Of a stretch of DNA of 32,000 nucleotides, positions 1 to 7,557 are shown piece by piece. Position 1 is the stretch's first letter; each line of letters opens with the position of its first letter. A program made the translations under genes and the position numbers. Below the pieces are notes generated by a model that was given only the letters and a program-made list of their open reading frames with translations, had not been told where the DNA came from and searched no databases. Source of the stretch: Kingella oralis (lineage in GTDB: Bacteria; Pseudomonadota; Gammaproteobacteria; Burkholderiales; Neisseriaceae); contig NZ_CP059569.1 of NCBI RefSeq assembly GCF_014054985.1, positions 336,742 to 368,741 on the forward strand. Reading direction: 5' to 3'.

Positions 1-121
1 AGCCTGAAACGCTATTGCCCGTTTCAGGCTGCCTGCGCTACCATTCTGGCAGCCTGAAAACAGGCGAAGCCAAAACGGCATTGGGAACATGTTTTCAGGC
101 TGCCCCCCGCAAGAAGCCATC

Positions 122-871
122 ATGACCGCCATCCACCTCTACTACCCGCTCAACATCCTCAAACCCTTCGGCGAAAACATCTGGATTGCCGACGGCGGCG
201 AAATCCGCATGGCGTTTCCGCTCGGCGTCAAAATCCCGTTCAGCACGCGCATGACCGTGGTGCGGCTTTCAGACGGCGGTTTGTGGTGCCATTCGCCCGT
301 CGCCCCCGCGCCCGAGTTGTTCGCGCAAATCGACGCGCTGGGCGAAGTGCGCCATTTGGTGTCGCCCAACAAAATCCACTACGCCCACATCGCGGCGTGG
401 AAAGCGCGCTACCCGCAGGCAACGGCGTGGGCAAGCACGGGCGTGCGCGAACGGGCGGCGGCGCAGAGCATCGCCGTGGCGTTTGATGCCGATTTGGGCG
501 ATACCGCGCCCGGCGCATGGGCAGACGATTTGGCGCAGATGCCGTTTTCAGGCAGCCGCGTGATGACCGAAACCGTGTTTTTCCACCGCCCCAGCCGCAC
601 GCTGATTCTCACCGACCTAATTGAAAACTTTGAAACCTCGCAGTTCCCCGGTCGCTTTTGGGCAGGCGTGATGAAGCTGGCGGGCATCGCCGACCCCGAC
701 GGCAAAACTCCCGCCGACTGGCGCGCCACGTTTAAAGACAAAGCCGCCGCCCGCGCCAGCCTCGCGCAGATGCTGGCGTGGCAGCCTGAAAAAATTATTC
801 TGGCGCACGGGCGCTGTTACGAGCGCGACGCCGTCGCCGAATTGAAACGCGCGTTCCGTTGGCTGGACTAG
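122..871 (+). CDS. DUF4336-family protein (function unknown)
   Basis: From ORF 89..871. I moved the start to ATG 122 (MTAIHLYYPL...) because the 11 upstream codons (MFSGC...) are only a DUS read in frame. The sequence pattern (...RTLILTDLIENF...) is recalled as DUF4336. An internal DUS at 781-793 lies in frame. Confidence 0.65.
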   Translation: MTAIHLYYPLNILKPFGENIWIADGGEIRMAFPLGVKIPFSTRMTVVRLSDGGLWCHSPVAPAPELFAQIDALGEVRHLVSPNKIHYAHIAAWKARYPQATAWASTGVRERAAAQSIAVAFDADLGDTAPGAWADDLAQMPFSGSRVMTETVFFHRPSRTLILTDLIENFETSQFPGRFWAGVMKLAGIADPDGKTPADWRATFKDKAAARASLAQMLAWQPEKIILAHGRCYERDAVAELKRAFRWLD

Positions 872-985
872 GCGGCAGAGGCAGCCTGAAACCCCGCACA
901 GCACGTTTCGGCGCAACCCAAACGGCACAACCCGTTTTCAGACTGCCCCGTCTCCACTCCTTTCTTTTCATTGCGAGCCATCACC

Positions 986-1849
986 ATGCAACCCACCATC
1001 CTTCCCGCCCAAATCCCCGCCCCCGTCGCCGCCACGCTGCGCCAACTCGGCGCGGTTATCAATCCGCTTGCCACCGAGCCGCTGTACGCCCCGCTGCACC
1101 CGCGCGAGCCCTACGATAACGCCACCGTTACCCGCGACCAAGCCTTCGGCAGCCACCCGCTGCAACGCCTGGACGTTTTCGCCCCCGCACCGCCCGCCGC
1201 CGCACCGCGCCCCATCCTGCTGTTTGTGCACGGCGGCGGCTTTGTGCGTGGCGACAAGCGCGGCGCAGGCAGCCCGTTTTACGACAACATCATGCTGTGG
1301 GCGGCAGGCAGCGGGCTGCTCGGCATCAACATCAATTACCGCCTGGCCCCCGAGCACCCCTGGCCCGCCGCGCAGCAAGACATCGCCGCCGCCCTGCTGT
1401 GGGCGCAGAGCCACGCCGCAGAATATGGCGGCGATCCGCAGCGCATCATCCTGTGCGGGCATTCCGCCGGCGCGGCGCACATCGCCCAATACCTCGCCCA
1501 TCCCACGCTGCGGCTGGGCAGCGACGGCGTGCGCGGCGCAATACTGGTGTCCGGCATTTACGACACCGTCGCGTTTGGCGACAGCCCCGCCCGCCAAGCC
1601 TACTTCGGCAGCGACCGCGCCCAAATCGCCGCCCGCTCCGCCCAAGCGGGGTTGCTGCAATGCGGCGTGCCGCTGCTGATTGCCGCCGCCGAGCTGGACC
1701 CGCCCGAGTTCCGCCAGCAAGCCGAGCGGCTCGGCGTGCCGCACTATCTGCTGGCCGGCCACAGCCATATTTCGGAAATCTTGGCCGTCAATACGGGCGA
1801 CACCGCCTTGTCCGGCCTGATGCAGGCGTTTGCCGCCCAACACGCTTGA
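986..1849 (+). CDS. alpha/beta hydrolase (esterase/lipase fold-3 type)
   Basis: From ORF 971..1849 (TTG start); ATG 986 (MQPTILPA...) is the more likely start. It has the HGGGF oxyanion-hole motif and a GHSAG nucleophile elbow. Confidence 0.8.
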   Translation: MQPTILPAQIPAPVAATLRQLGAVINPLATEPLYAPLHPREPYDNATVTRDQAFGSHPLQRLDVFAPAPPAAAPRPILLFVHGGGFVRGDKRGAGSPFYDNIMLWAAGSGLLGININYRLAPEHPWPAAQQDIAAALLWAQSHAAEYGGDPQRIILCGHSAGAAHIAQYLAHPTLRLGSDGVRGAILVSGIYDTVAFGDSPARQAYFGSDRAQIAARSAQAGLLQCGVPLLIAAAELDPPEFRQQAERLGVPHYLLAGHSHISEILAVNTGDTALSGLMQAFAAQHA

Positions 1850-1974
1850 CCGCGCCAGACGTTTTTCAGGCTGCCTGAATCCGCACCGGCCAAAGGCAGC
1901 CTGAAAGAGCCACACCGTTTTCAGGCAGCCTGAAAACAGTGATTGCCAACACCCAAGCATCGGAAAGAACAACC

Positions 1975-2670
1975 ATGAACCCCAACCTCGCCCCCTTGCT
2001 CCGCCCCGACCTCAACCCCGCCGATTTGGCCGGCGACAACGGCAAATACAACAAGCTCTACGACCGCCTCGCCCCGCTGTACAACCTCGGCGAATGGCTC
2101 GCGCGGCTCAAATACGGCGGCGGCATCGCCAAAATGCGCCGCGAAATGATGCGCCTGCTTGACTGGCAAAACGGCGCAAGCGTGCTGTATGTCTCCGTCG
2201 GCACGGGCACCGATTTCCGCTATTTCCCCGATACGGTAAACGCAGGCAGCCTGAAAATCGTCGGCGCAGATTTGTCGCTCGGCATGCTGCGCCGCGCGCA
2301 GAAAAACTGGCAGCGGCGGCTCAATCTCTCGCTCGTGCACTGCGCCGCCGAAGATTTGCCCTTTGCCGACAACAGCTTTGACATCGTGTTTCATGTGGGC
2401 GGCATCAATTTCTTTTCCGACAAACCCCGCGCCCTCGCCGAAATGCTGCGCGTCGCCAAGCCGCGCACCAATCTGATGGTCGCCGACGAAACGCAGGATT
2501 TGGTGGAGCAGCAATACCAAAAAAGCGCGTTCACCCAAGCCGCCTATCAGAACGCGCGGGTGGACGTTTCCGCCATAGAAAACGCCTTGCCCGCCAACGC
2601 CGCCGAACGGCAGACGCATATCTTGTGGGACGGACGGTTTTACGCGCTGACGTTTGTGAAGGCAGGCTGA
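1975..2670 (+). CDS. class I SAM-dependent methyltransferase
   Basis: From ORF 1939..2670; ATG 1975 (MNPNLAPL...) is the likely start. It has a SAM-binding motif I-like VLYVSVGTGTD and an acidic loop KIVGADLS. An in-frame DUS lies at 2244-2257. Confidence 0.75.
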   Translation: MNPNLAPLLRPDLNPADLAGDNGKYNKLYDRLAPLYNLGEWLARLKYGGGIAKMRREMMRLLDWQNGASVLYVSVGTGTDFRYFPDTVNAGSLKIVGADLSLGMLRRAQKNWQRRLNLSLVHCAAEDLPFADNSFDIVFHVGGINFFSDKPRALAEMLRVAKPRTNLMVADETQDLVEQQYQKSAFTQAAYQNARVDVSAIENALPANAAERQTHILWDGRFYALTFVKAG

Positions 2671-2687
2671 AACCTTTGTAAAACCAA

Positions 2688-2775
2688 GTAGGTCGGGCAT
2701 TGATGCCCGACGTTTTTAGTTGTGCTGTATGCAGATAAATAGCCAGAATTTGTCGGGCATCAATGCCCGACCTAC
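2688..2775. repeat. inverted pair of GTAG-type REP hairpins (REPIN/BIME-like)
   Basis: GTAGGTCGGGCATTGATGCCCGAC (2688-2711) and its inverse GTCGGGCATCAATGCCCGACCTAC (2752-2775) flank 40 bp. Each arm is itself a hairpin, GTCGGGCAT/ATGCCCGAC. A third, degenerate copy lies at 5707-5730. Confidence 0.7.
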
Positions 2776-2833
2776 ACACTGAACCCGCGCCAGCCAAGGC
2801 AGCCTGCCTAGCGAAGCTAAAACGCTTGCGCGT

Positions 2834-2870
2834 AAAAAAACGCCGCTGTGATTATTTTGCAGCGGCGTTT
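2834..2870 (-). terminator. rho-independent terminator downstream of the thioesterase gene
   Basis: A perfect 11-bp stem, AAACGCCGCTG (2838-2848) / CAGCGGCGTTT (2860-2870). On the minus strand it is followed by a T7 run (the A-run at 2834-2840 on plus). It lies about 60 nt after the stop of the 2930..3367 CDS. Confidence 0.65.
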
Positions 2871-2929
2871 GGCATTTGGGCTTTGCAACAGCGCGGAAAT
2901 GCGTTTGATTGGATTGCCGTTTTGGATTT

Positions 2930-3367
2930 TCAGGCTGCCAAAACCACATATCGCCCCGCCCATTCCGCCGCCAATACGCCGTCCGAAAAACCGCTCACCG
3001 CCAAATTGATTTTGCCCTTGCCGCGCCGAGCCAGCATTTCGCGGCAATGCGCCCATTCGGCGGCATCAGGGCTGCGGACGGACAGCAGCAAATCGCCGTG
3101 CGCGGGCGCGGTGTAGCGGATTTCGCTGCTTTGGATGACGATGTTGCCCGCTGCTTCGGGGCAGTTCAGATGCACCAGCGCCCAGCCGCACACGGTCGCG
3201 CCCAGCGCGGTGCTGCCGCCGAACACGGTGTTTTTGTGGTTGCGGTTGGGCGCGTGCGGCATCAAAAGCGCCACGCCGTCTGCGCCGCAGGAAACGACAC
3301 GGATGTGCAGCGCGGCAGTGGCGGGGATGCAGCGGTGGAGGAAGTCTTGCAGTTGTTGCTCGGTCAT
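2930..3367 (-). CDS. hotdog-fold thioesterase (YiiD C-terminal domain type)
   Basis: A 145-aa ORF with an ATG start. The motif region NHKNTVFGGSTALGATVCGWALVHL is typical of the YiiD_C/PaaI-like thioesterase family. Confidence 0.65.
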   Translation of the reverse strand: MTEQQLQDFLHRCIPATAALHIRVVSCGADGVALLMPHAPNRNHKNTVFGGSTALGATVCGWALVHLNCPEAAGNIVIQSSEIRYTAPAHGDLLLSVRSPDAAEWAHCREMLARRGKGKINLAVSGFSDGVLAAEWAGRYVVLAA

Positions 3368-3451
3368 GGGGTGTCCTTGTTTGATGGGGTTTGAGACAGC
3401 CTGAAAAGGGAAAATGAAAAATCTGCCTGAACCAGTATCCAGGCGGCGGTT

Positions 3452-3751
3452 TTATTTCCCCGCAAACTCGGGCAGGTTCGCCGCAATCAGCTTGGGCGCG
3501 AACTCGCGGATGTCGTATTGCGCGTGGTTCGGGTAATAGCAATCTTCTGCCAAAATCGCTTGCAGGGCTTCGCGGCTTTCGGCTTGGGCGAAAATCATGC
3601 CCTGATGCGCTTGGGTATCGGTAAACGGCGCGGTGAGCAGAAAGGTGCCTGCGGCAAAGTGTTTTTTGAACCACTCGACGTGTTGGGGGAACAGGGTCTC
3701 GTGTTGTTCGGCGGATAGGTCAGGATTGACGGTGATGGTGATGAGATACAT
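3452..3751 (-). CDS. YciI family protein
   Basis: From ORF 3452..3802. I moved the start to ATG 3751 (MYLITITVNPDL...) because the upstream extension reads through a DUS (FQAA). The size (about 99 aa) and sequence fit a YciI-like dimeric alpha-beta barrel protein. Confidence 0.7.
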   Translation of the reverse strand: MYLITITVNPDLSAEQHETLFPQHVEWFKKHFAAGTFLLTAPFTDTQAHQGMIFAQAESREALQAILAEDCYYPNHAQYDIREFAPKLIAANLPEFAGK

Positions 3752-3784
3752 TTTTCGGTTTCCTATAAATGGGTTGGGCGGAGC

Positions 3785-3820
3785 GGCAGCCTGAAAACGC
3801 ATTTTCTGTTTCAGGCTGCC
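3785..3820. terminator. inverted DUS pair hairpin downstream of the oxidoreductase gene
   Basis: GGCAGCCTGAAA (3785-3796) pairs with TTTCAGGCTGCC (3809-3820). A third DUS lies at 3833-3845. The hairpin sits between the stop of 3850..4410 (-) and the start of the YciI gene. Confidence 0.45.
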
Positions 3821-3849
3821 TTTGCCTGTTTGGGCAGCCTGAAAACGGC

Positions 3850-4410
3850 CTATGCCGCCAATTCTTTCAGTTTCGCCACCAAACGCGCGCCGTGGTTTTC
3901 AGCCAGCTCGCGTTGCGCGTTGATTTTGGCTTCGTCGTCGCGGGCGGAGTAGCTCACGCCGTTGGTGTACATCGCGCCCTGGTAATCCAGATTGCACAGC
4001 GCGGCGGTGGTGGCAAACTGCGGCAGGTAGTCCTCCACCGTATGCCCGAACGCGCCGTCTTTCTGATACGCGACGGCAGGCGCTCCGGTGGTGAACGAAA
4101 GCAGCAGCTTTTTGCCGCCCAAGCGCCCTTTGCTGCCGTGAGAGAAGCCGTGTAGGAACACTTTGTCCAGCCACAGTTTCATCAGCCCGGGCAGGGCATA
4201 CCATGAAAACGGAAATTGGAACACGATGATGTCGGCTGCGAGCAGGGCGGATTGTTCGGCCTCGATGTCAAATTGGTAATCGGGATACAGCGCGTCCAAG
4301 CGGCGGATTTCGGCTTCGGGCAGCTCGCGGGCAACATGCGCCAGAATGGCGGCGTTGGCAACGGAGGCGGATAAATCGGGGTGTCCTGAAATGATGAGGA
4401 TGCGGGACAT
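3850..4410 (-). CDS. NAD(P)H-dependent oxidoreductase, flavodoxin-like fold (KefG/MdaB-like)
   Basis: A 186-aa ORF, MSRILIISGHPDLSASVAN...IVFQFPFSWYALPGLMKLWLDKV, which is the typical Flavodoxin_2 family pattern. Confidence 0.8.
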   Translation of the reverse strand: MSRILIISGHPDLSASVANAAILAHVARELPEAEIRRLDALYPDYQFDIEAEQSALLAADIIVFQFPFSWYALPGLMKLWLDKVFLHGFSHGSKGRLGGKKLLLSFTTGAPAVAYQKDGAFGHTVEDYLPQFATTAALCNLDYQGAMYTNGVSYSARDDEAKINAQRELAENHGARLVAKLKELAA

Positions 4411-4601
4411 TGTGGGCTCCTTAGGGTTGGGGTGAACAGATGGGGCGGATGATACGGGGGAAGCGGCACGGGATAAATGGGCGGCGGGTTGAAAGTGTGT
4501 TGATTGGGCGTTGAGAAAGGCAGCCTGAAAAGCAATAACGGTTTTCAGACTGCCTTTGCAAAATCCTCAAACAACGTTGGCTGTACTTCGTTTGATATGG
4601 G

Positions 4602-4745
4602 TGATGGGATTGCCCTTTCGCTTTATCGCGGCGGGCGACTTACTTTCTTTGCTTCGCCAAAGATAAGAACCTGCATTCGCCATCTGCACGATGGGGAGAG
4701 GGCAGCAGTATATCAACCAGCCGTGAAGCATTAGGCAGCCTGAAA
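4602..4745. repeat. short (about 130 bp) copy of a structured repeat family ending in a DUS
   Basis: It shares a 5' block, TTATCGCGGCGGGCGACTTACTTTCTTTGCTTCGCCAAAGA, and a 3' block, GGGGAGAGGGCAGCAG..GTGAAGCATTAGGCAGCCTGAAA, with the about 250 bp copy at 19244-19500. The central part is deleted or replaced here. Confidence 0.7.
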
Positions 4746-4914
4746 GCGGGATTTTGTTTTTCAGGCTGCCTTTGCTTTGGATTTAAACGCTGATATGGCT
4801 GTTGCGCGGTTTGAGGCAGCCTGAAAACGAGTTCGCGGGCTTCTGCGCAGCCAAAACGGGAAAACGGGTTTAGCTTCGCAACGCCGCTACGCTTTTCAGA
4901 CGGCCTTTTGCGCT

Positions 4915-5670
4915 TTACCCCGCAAAGGTTTCATCGGCAAAGCGGGTTAAGTCTTGGCGGATTTGCGCGAGGATTTCGGAGGGCGGCGCGTCCCACAGCA
5001 GTTGCGCGAGGCGGTCGATGCGGTTGAGAGCGGCAAGGGCGGCGGCGATGTCGGTTCGGCTGTCCACGCGCCCGCTGATTTTGATTGCGCCCAGCACGGT
5101 GGCGAGGGTGGCGCGGTCGTGGGCGAGCAGGTAGTGCGCGCCTTCCAAGCCGTCGGTTTCTTGCTGGGCTTGGGCTTTCAAATCGGCATCGCTTTGACCT
5201 GCAATGGGCGGCAGGCAGGGGAAGCCCCATTCGCCTTCAATCACATGGCGGATAAAGTCTTGCAGCACGGGGCGGGCTTTGCGGAAGGCTTCTTGCAGGC
5301 TGCACAAGGTGTCTGCGCCGTCGTCGCTGCCGAAGGCGGTTTCTTCGTCGCATTCGCTGTAATAGACGGCTTCGTCGGCGAAGTATCGGTGGAACACGGG
5401 GTGGCTGGTGAGCGGGTTGAGCCCGTATTCTTCGTCGTCAAAATAGAGATGGCCGGCGGGCAGCTCGGCGGGGGCGTAGCCTTTTTTCTGCTTGGCGGCG
5501 GCGAGTTTGGCAGCTTGTTTTTCGCATTCTTCGGGGCTGTCAAATTCTTTGATTTCGTAACGCCCGTTGGTGCCGTATTTGCCGTAGTTCACGACGAATT
5601 GGTTGGCTAGGGTTTCTATGCGCCAGAATTTGTCGGATTTGGGGTCGGTGTAGCGGAGGGTTTGTTGCAT
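4915..5670 (-). CDS. WGR domain-containing protein
   Basis: From ORF 4915..5718. I moved the start to ATG 5670 (MQQTLRYTDPKSDKFWRIE...) because the upstream codons (MMPDK...) read through the REP hairpin. The N-terminal WGR domain signature is DKFWRIE...NYGKYGTNGRYEIKEF. Confidence 0.7.
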   Translation of the reverse strand: MQQTLRYTDPKSDKFWRIETLANQFVVNYGKYGTNGRYEIKEFDSPEECEKQAAKLAAAKQKKGYAPAELPAGHLYFDDEEYGLNPLTSHPVFHRYFADEAVYYSECDEETAFGSDDGADTLCSLQEAFRKARPVLQDFIRHVIEGEWGFPCLPPIAGQSDADLKAQAQQETDGLEGAHYLLAHDRATLATVLGAIKISGRVDSRTDIAAALAALNRIDRLAQLLWDAPPSEILAQIRQDLTRFADETFAG

Positions 5671-5706
5671 GGGTTGCTTCTTGCGGGGTGGGGGAAAAGT
5701 TTGTTT

Positions 5707-5730
5707 GTCGGGCATCAATGCCCTACCTAT
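5707..5730. repeat. single degenerate GTAG-type REP hairpin
   Basis: GTCGGGCATCAATGCCCTACCTAT. It has two mismatches to the arm at 2752-2775 (CCCGACCTAC becomes CCCTACCTAT). Confidence 0.55.
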
Positions 5731-5812
5731 TCGCTGCGTTTCAGGCTGCCTGAAAGGGGGATTTTAGCGGAGGCGGGGATTCTTTTGTAAAATTGGGTAA
5801 GAACAATAGAGA

Positions 5813-5822
5813 AAGATACTGT
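5813..5822. repeat. direct repeat / recombination core, copy 1 (AAGATACTGT), host-IS junction
   Basis: An identical 10-mer occurs at 14304-14313, and an 8-mer GATACTGT at 7140-7147. GC content and DUS content change abruptly at this point. Confidence 0.6.
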
Positions 5823-5944
5823 ATTTCACGTCAAGGCTAAAACACAAAAATTGTTGAGTTGCGTCAAATTTTGTTAATGTTTTGCCAATGCATGCCGTTG
5901 CGCCGCCATACCCACGCTTTTTGCTGGGCTTTGAATCGGCTTTG

Positions 5945-6131
5945 CTGTGGGGTTGACGCTTTGCGGGGGCTAGCCCCCACACCCCCAGTCTCACTTGCGA
6001 CGCCGCGCGGGCAAGGGGGCGGGCTTCGCCCTTTCACCTTGCCCTTTCGGCAGAGTGTGGGGTCGCTTCCAAACCGTCAAGGGGGTATTCGTAAAGGCTG
6101 CGCCTTTACAAAGCTTCCCCCTTGACGGTTT
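5945..6131 (-). ncRNA. candidate bridge/seek RNA in the IS right end (hypothesis)
   Basis: This is a GC-rich, densely self-complementary block inside an AT-rich element. Its structures are: a 15-bp perfect inverted repeat (6071-6085/6117-6131) enclosing an 8-bp stem (6091-6098/6102-6109); nested stems 6009-6016/6037-6044 and 6017-6021/6027-6031; the palindrome GGGGGCTAGCCCCC (5965-5978); and 5975-5982 complementary to 6055-6062. Strand and ends are not determined. Confidence 0.3.
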
Positions 6132-7104
6132 TCCAGCTCCGCTCTGCCTTATCCGCCTTTTTGTGCAGGGTGGCATCAAAGGGCGCGTTTGTTTTCAGGC
6201 AGGTGTAGGCATAGCGTAGTATTTTGCACATCATCATGACATAAACTTGCTTTGGATGTTTACCCCTTGCGACTTGCGCATCAAACCAACCGCGCCATAA
6301 TTTGCTGCGGGTACAGGCAGCCCTTGCGGGCATATATAATGATTTGCGTAGGGTTTTATCGCCCATCTTGGACACTTTTTGCGCGCCTTTGTATTTGCCG
6401 CTGTCTCTGATAATCGGCGATAGACCTAAGTAGCTTATTAAGTGTTTCGCCGTTTGAAATTTGTCCAAATCAACGAGGACGGATAGCAGGATTTGGGCAG
6501 TGTTTTTGCCTACTCCGGGAATGGTAGCCAGTATCTTTTGTTTTGCTTTTAGCTGCTCATCGCTTTCAATAATGGCTTGGATTTGCTCTCTGATGTTTTC
6601 CAGCTCTTCTTCCAAGGCTGCAATCATTTTTTCAACAGATGCGTTGGTGTACTCATCGGCTGTTTCTTGACGATTTTTCTCTGCGACAAGTAGGCTATTT
6701 AGCTGCTCTGTTCGACGATGTAGTGATTGTATGGCTTTTCCGGTTTGGTTATTTGGTTGCCAGCATTGCGGTTTTTCTTTTTTGGCAAAATCTGCGATTA
6801 GCTTGGCATCTTGTTTGTCTGTTTTTATGCGTTTTAGCTGCATTTTGGCGTAGCCTTTGATTGCGAGCGGATTAACCACTGATACAGCATAGCCATTCTG
6901 ATGTAGCGTTGTCGCTACAAGCAGGTAGTACACGTTTGTTGCTTCGCAGCAGATATGCGTGTTTTCTTTGCCTAACCCATTTGCTTGCAAATGCCCCAAT
7001 AAACCTTGAATACCTTGAATAGTGTTATCAATTTTGCAATGCCCGCAGATGTCTGAATAAGTGTCTATCGTATGCTTTGAAATGTCCAATCCTAGATAGT
7101 GCAT
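6106..7104 (-). CDS. IS110 family transposase (DEDD/RuvC-like recombinase)
   Basis: From ORF 6106..7122; the start is at ATG 7104 (MHYLGLDISKHTID...), with an AAGGA Shine-Dalgarno 9 nt upstream. The N-terminal DEDD_Tnp_IS110 pattern is LGLDISK, CCEATN, RIKTDKQDA. The C-terminal Transposase_20 pattern is IPGVGKNTAQILL...LGLSPIIRDSGKYKG. Confidence 0.9.
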   Translation of the reverse strand: MHYLGLDISKHTIDTYSDICGHCKIDNTIQGIQGLLGHLQANGLGKENTHICCEATNVYYLLVATTLHQNGYAVSVVNPLAIKGYAKMQLKRIKTDKQDAKLIADFAKKEKPQCWQPNNQTGKAIQSLHRRTEQLNSLLVAEKNRQETADEYTNASVEKMIAALEEELENIREQIQAIIESDEQLKAKQKILATIPGVGKNTAQILLSVLVDLDKFQTAKHLISYLGLSPIIRDSGKYKGAQKVSKMGDKTLRKSLYMPARAACTRSKLWRGWFDAQVARGKHPKQVYVMMMCKILRYAYTCLKTNAPFDATLHKKADKAERSWKTVKGEAL

Positions 7105-7124
7105 GTGTTGCAATCCTTGCAATA

Positions 7125-7147
7125 ATGGCTTTTGCCAATGATACTGT
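7125..7147. repeat. IS left-end terminus plus core, copy 2 (ATGGCTTTTGCCAAT|GATACTGT)
   Basis: It is homologous to 14290-14313 (ATGGCTTGTTGCCTAA|GATACTGT); about 21 of 24 aligned columns are identical by eye. Confidence 0.6.
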
Positions 7148-7159
7148 TATGTTTTGTGT

Positions 7160-7231
7160 CAAAAGAAAAACTGCACGCACCAATCTTTCTCAATGGTTTA
7201 ACCAAGGCAGTCTTGCGGGTGTCGTGCAGTT
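7160..7231 (-). terminator. intrinsic terminator closing the phage operon
   Basis: AACTGCACGCACC (7169-7181) pairs with GGTGTCGTGCAGTT (7218-7231): 13 bp with one bulged T. On the minus strand it is followed by TTTTTCTTTT. It lies just before the core at 7140-7147. Confidence 0.5.
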
Positions 7232-7263
7232 AAGGACGTGGGCATCTTTGTTCTATTATGTGG

Positions 7264-7482
7264 TTATATGCAAAATTTATATAACATATATGAAACAGTG
7301 CAAAAACCAATCGCAGATAAATTTCTATATATTAAACTACCTGTATGCACTTTGCCTGTTTCTTTATCTTCCTTTAAATCAGTTGAAAATATATATAACG
7401 CAAGTGATAGCGCAGCAAGAGCAGCAATAAAAATCAATTTATGCTCAAAATTTGTACATTCTTGCGAAACAATCAGAGCCAT
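7264..7482 (-). CDS. hypothetical small membrane protein (phage accessory)
   Basis: A 72-aa ORF with a GGAG Shine-Dalgarno 8 nt upstream of the ATG (TTTGGAGATTGGAAAATG). It has one hydrophobic helix, LIFIAALAALSLALYIF. I recognise no homology. Confidence 0.4.
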   Translation of the reverse strand: MALIVSQECTNFEHKLIFIAALAALSLALYIFSTDLKEDKETGKVHTGSLIYRNLSAIGFCTVSYMLYKFCI

Positions 7483-7557
7483 TTTCCAATCTCCAAACGT
7501 AAAAATGCCAATTCTAGCTGCATCCTTTCCGTTTGTTAAGATTGGTTATTGTTTTGC

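Larger units (their letters stand above)
5823..7147 (-). mobile_element. IS110-family insertion sequence with IS1111-like layout (short 5' end, long 3' end)
   Basis: It comprises the DEDD transposase CDS (6106..7104), only 43 bp of non-coding sequence upstream and about 283 bp downstream. It is bracketed by GATACTGT (5815-5822 and 7140-7147). The size of about 1.3 kb is typical for the family. The boundaries are inferred from the repeats only. Confidence 0.55.

Noticed and set aside
968-1972. A 334-aa minus-strand ORF covering the whole alpha/beta hydrolase gene.
   Set aside because: It is antisense to a CDS with clear catalytic motifs. Its composition is Gly/Ala/Arg/Gln-rich and low in complexity, as expected for the reverse frame of a GC-rich gene. 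It has no recognisable domain.
1921-2700. A 259-aa minus-strand ORF antisense to the methyltransferase.
   Set aside because: Same reasoning as above. The plus-strand frame has the SAM-binding motif, while the minus frame starts inside a REP hairpin (MPDL) and ends in a DUS (FQAA).
5859-6219. Small ORFs (62-88 aa) on both strands within the IS 3' end.
   Set aside because: They lie in the GC-rich palindromic block, lack Shine-Dalgarno sequences, and have Gly/Arg/Pro-rich composition. The region is better explained as structured non-coding sequence.
5835-7136. Possible subterminal inverted repeats of the IS (GGCTAAAA at about 5835-5842 versus CTTTTGCC at about 7129-7136).
   Set aside because: Only about 7 of 8 nt match, with an indel, and the distances from the two ends are asymmetric. 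That is too weak to call by eye.
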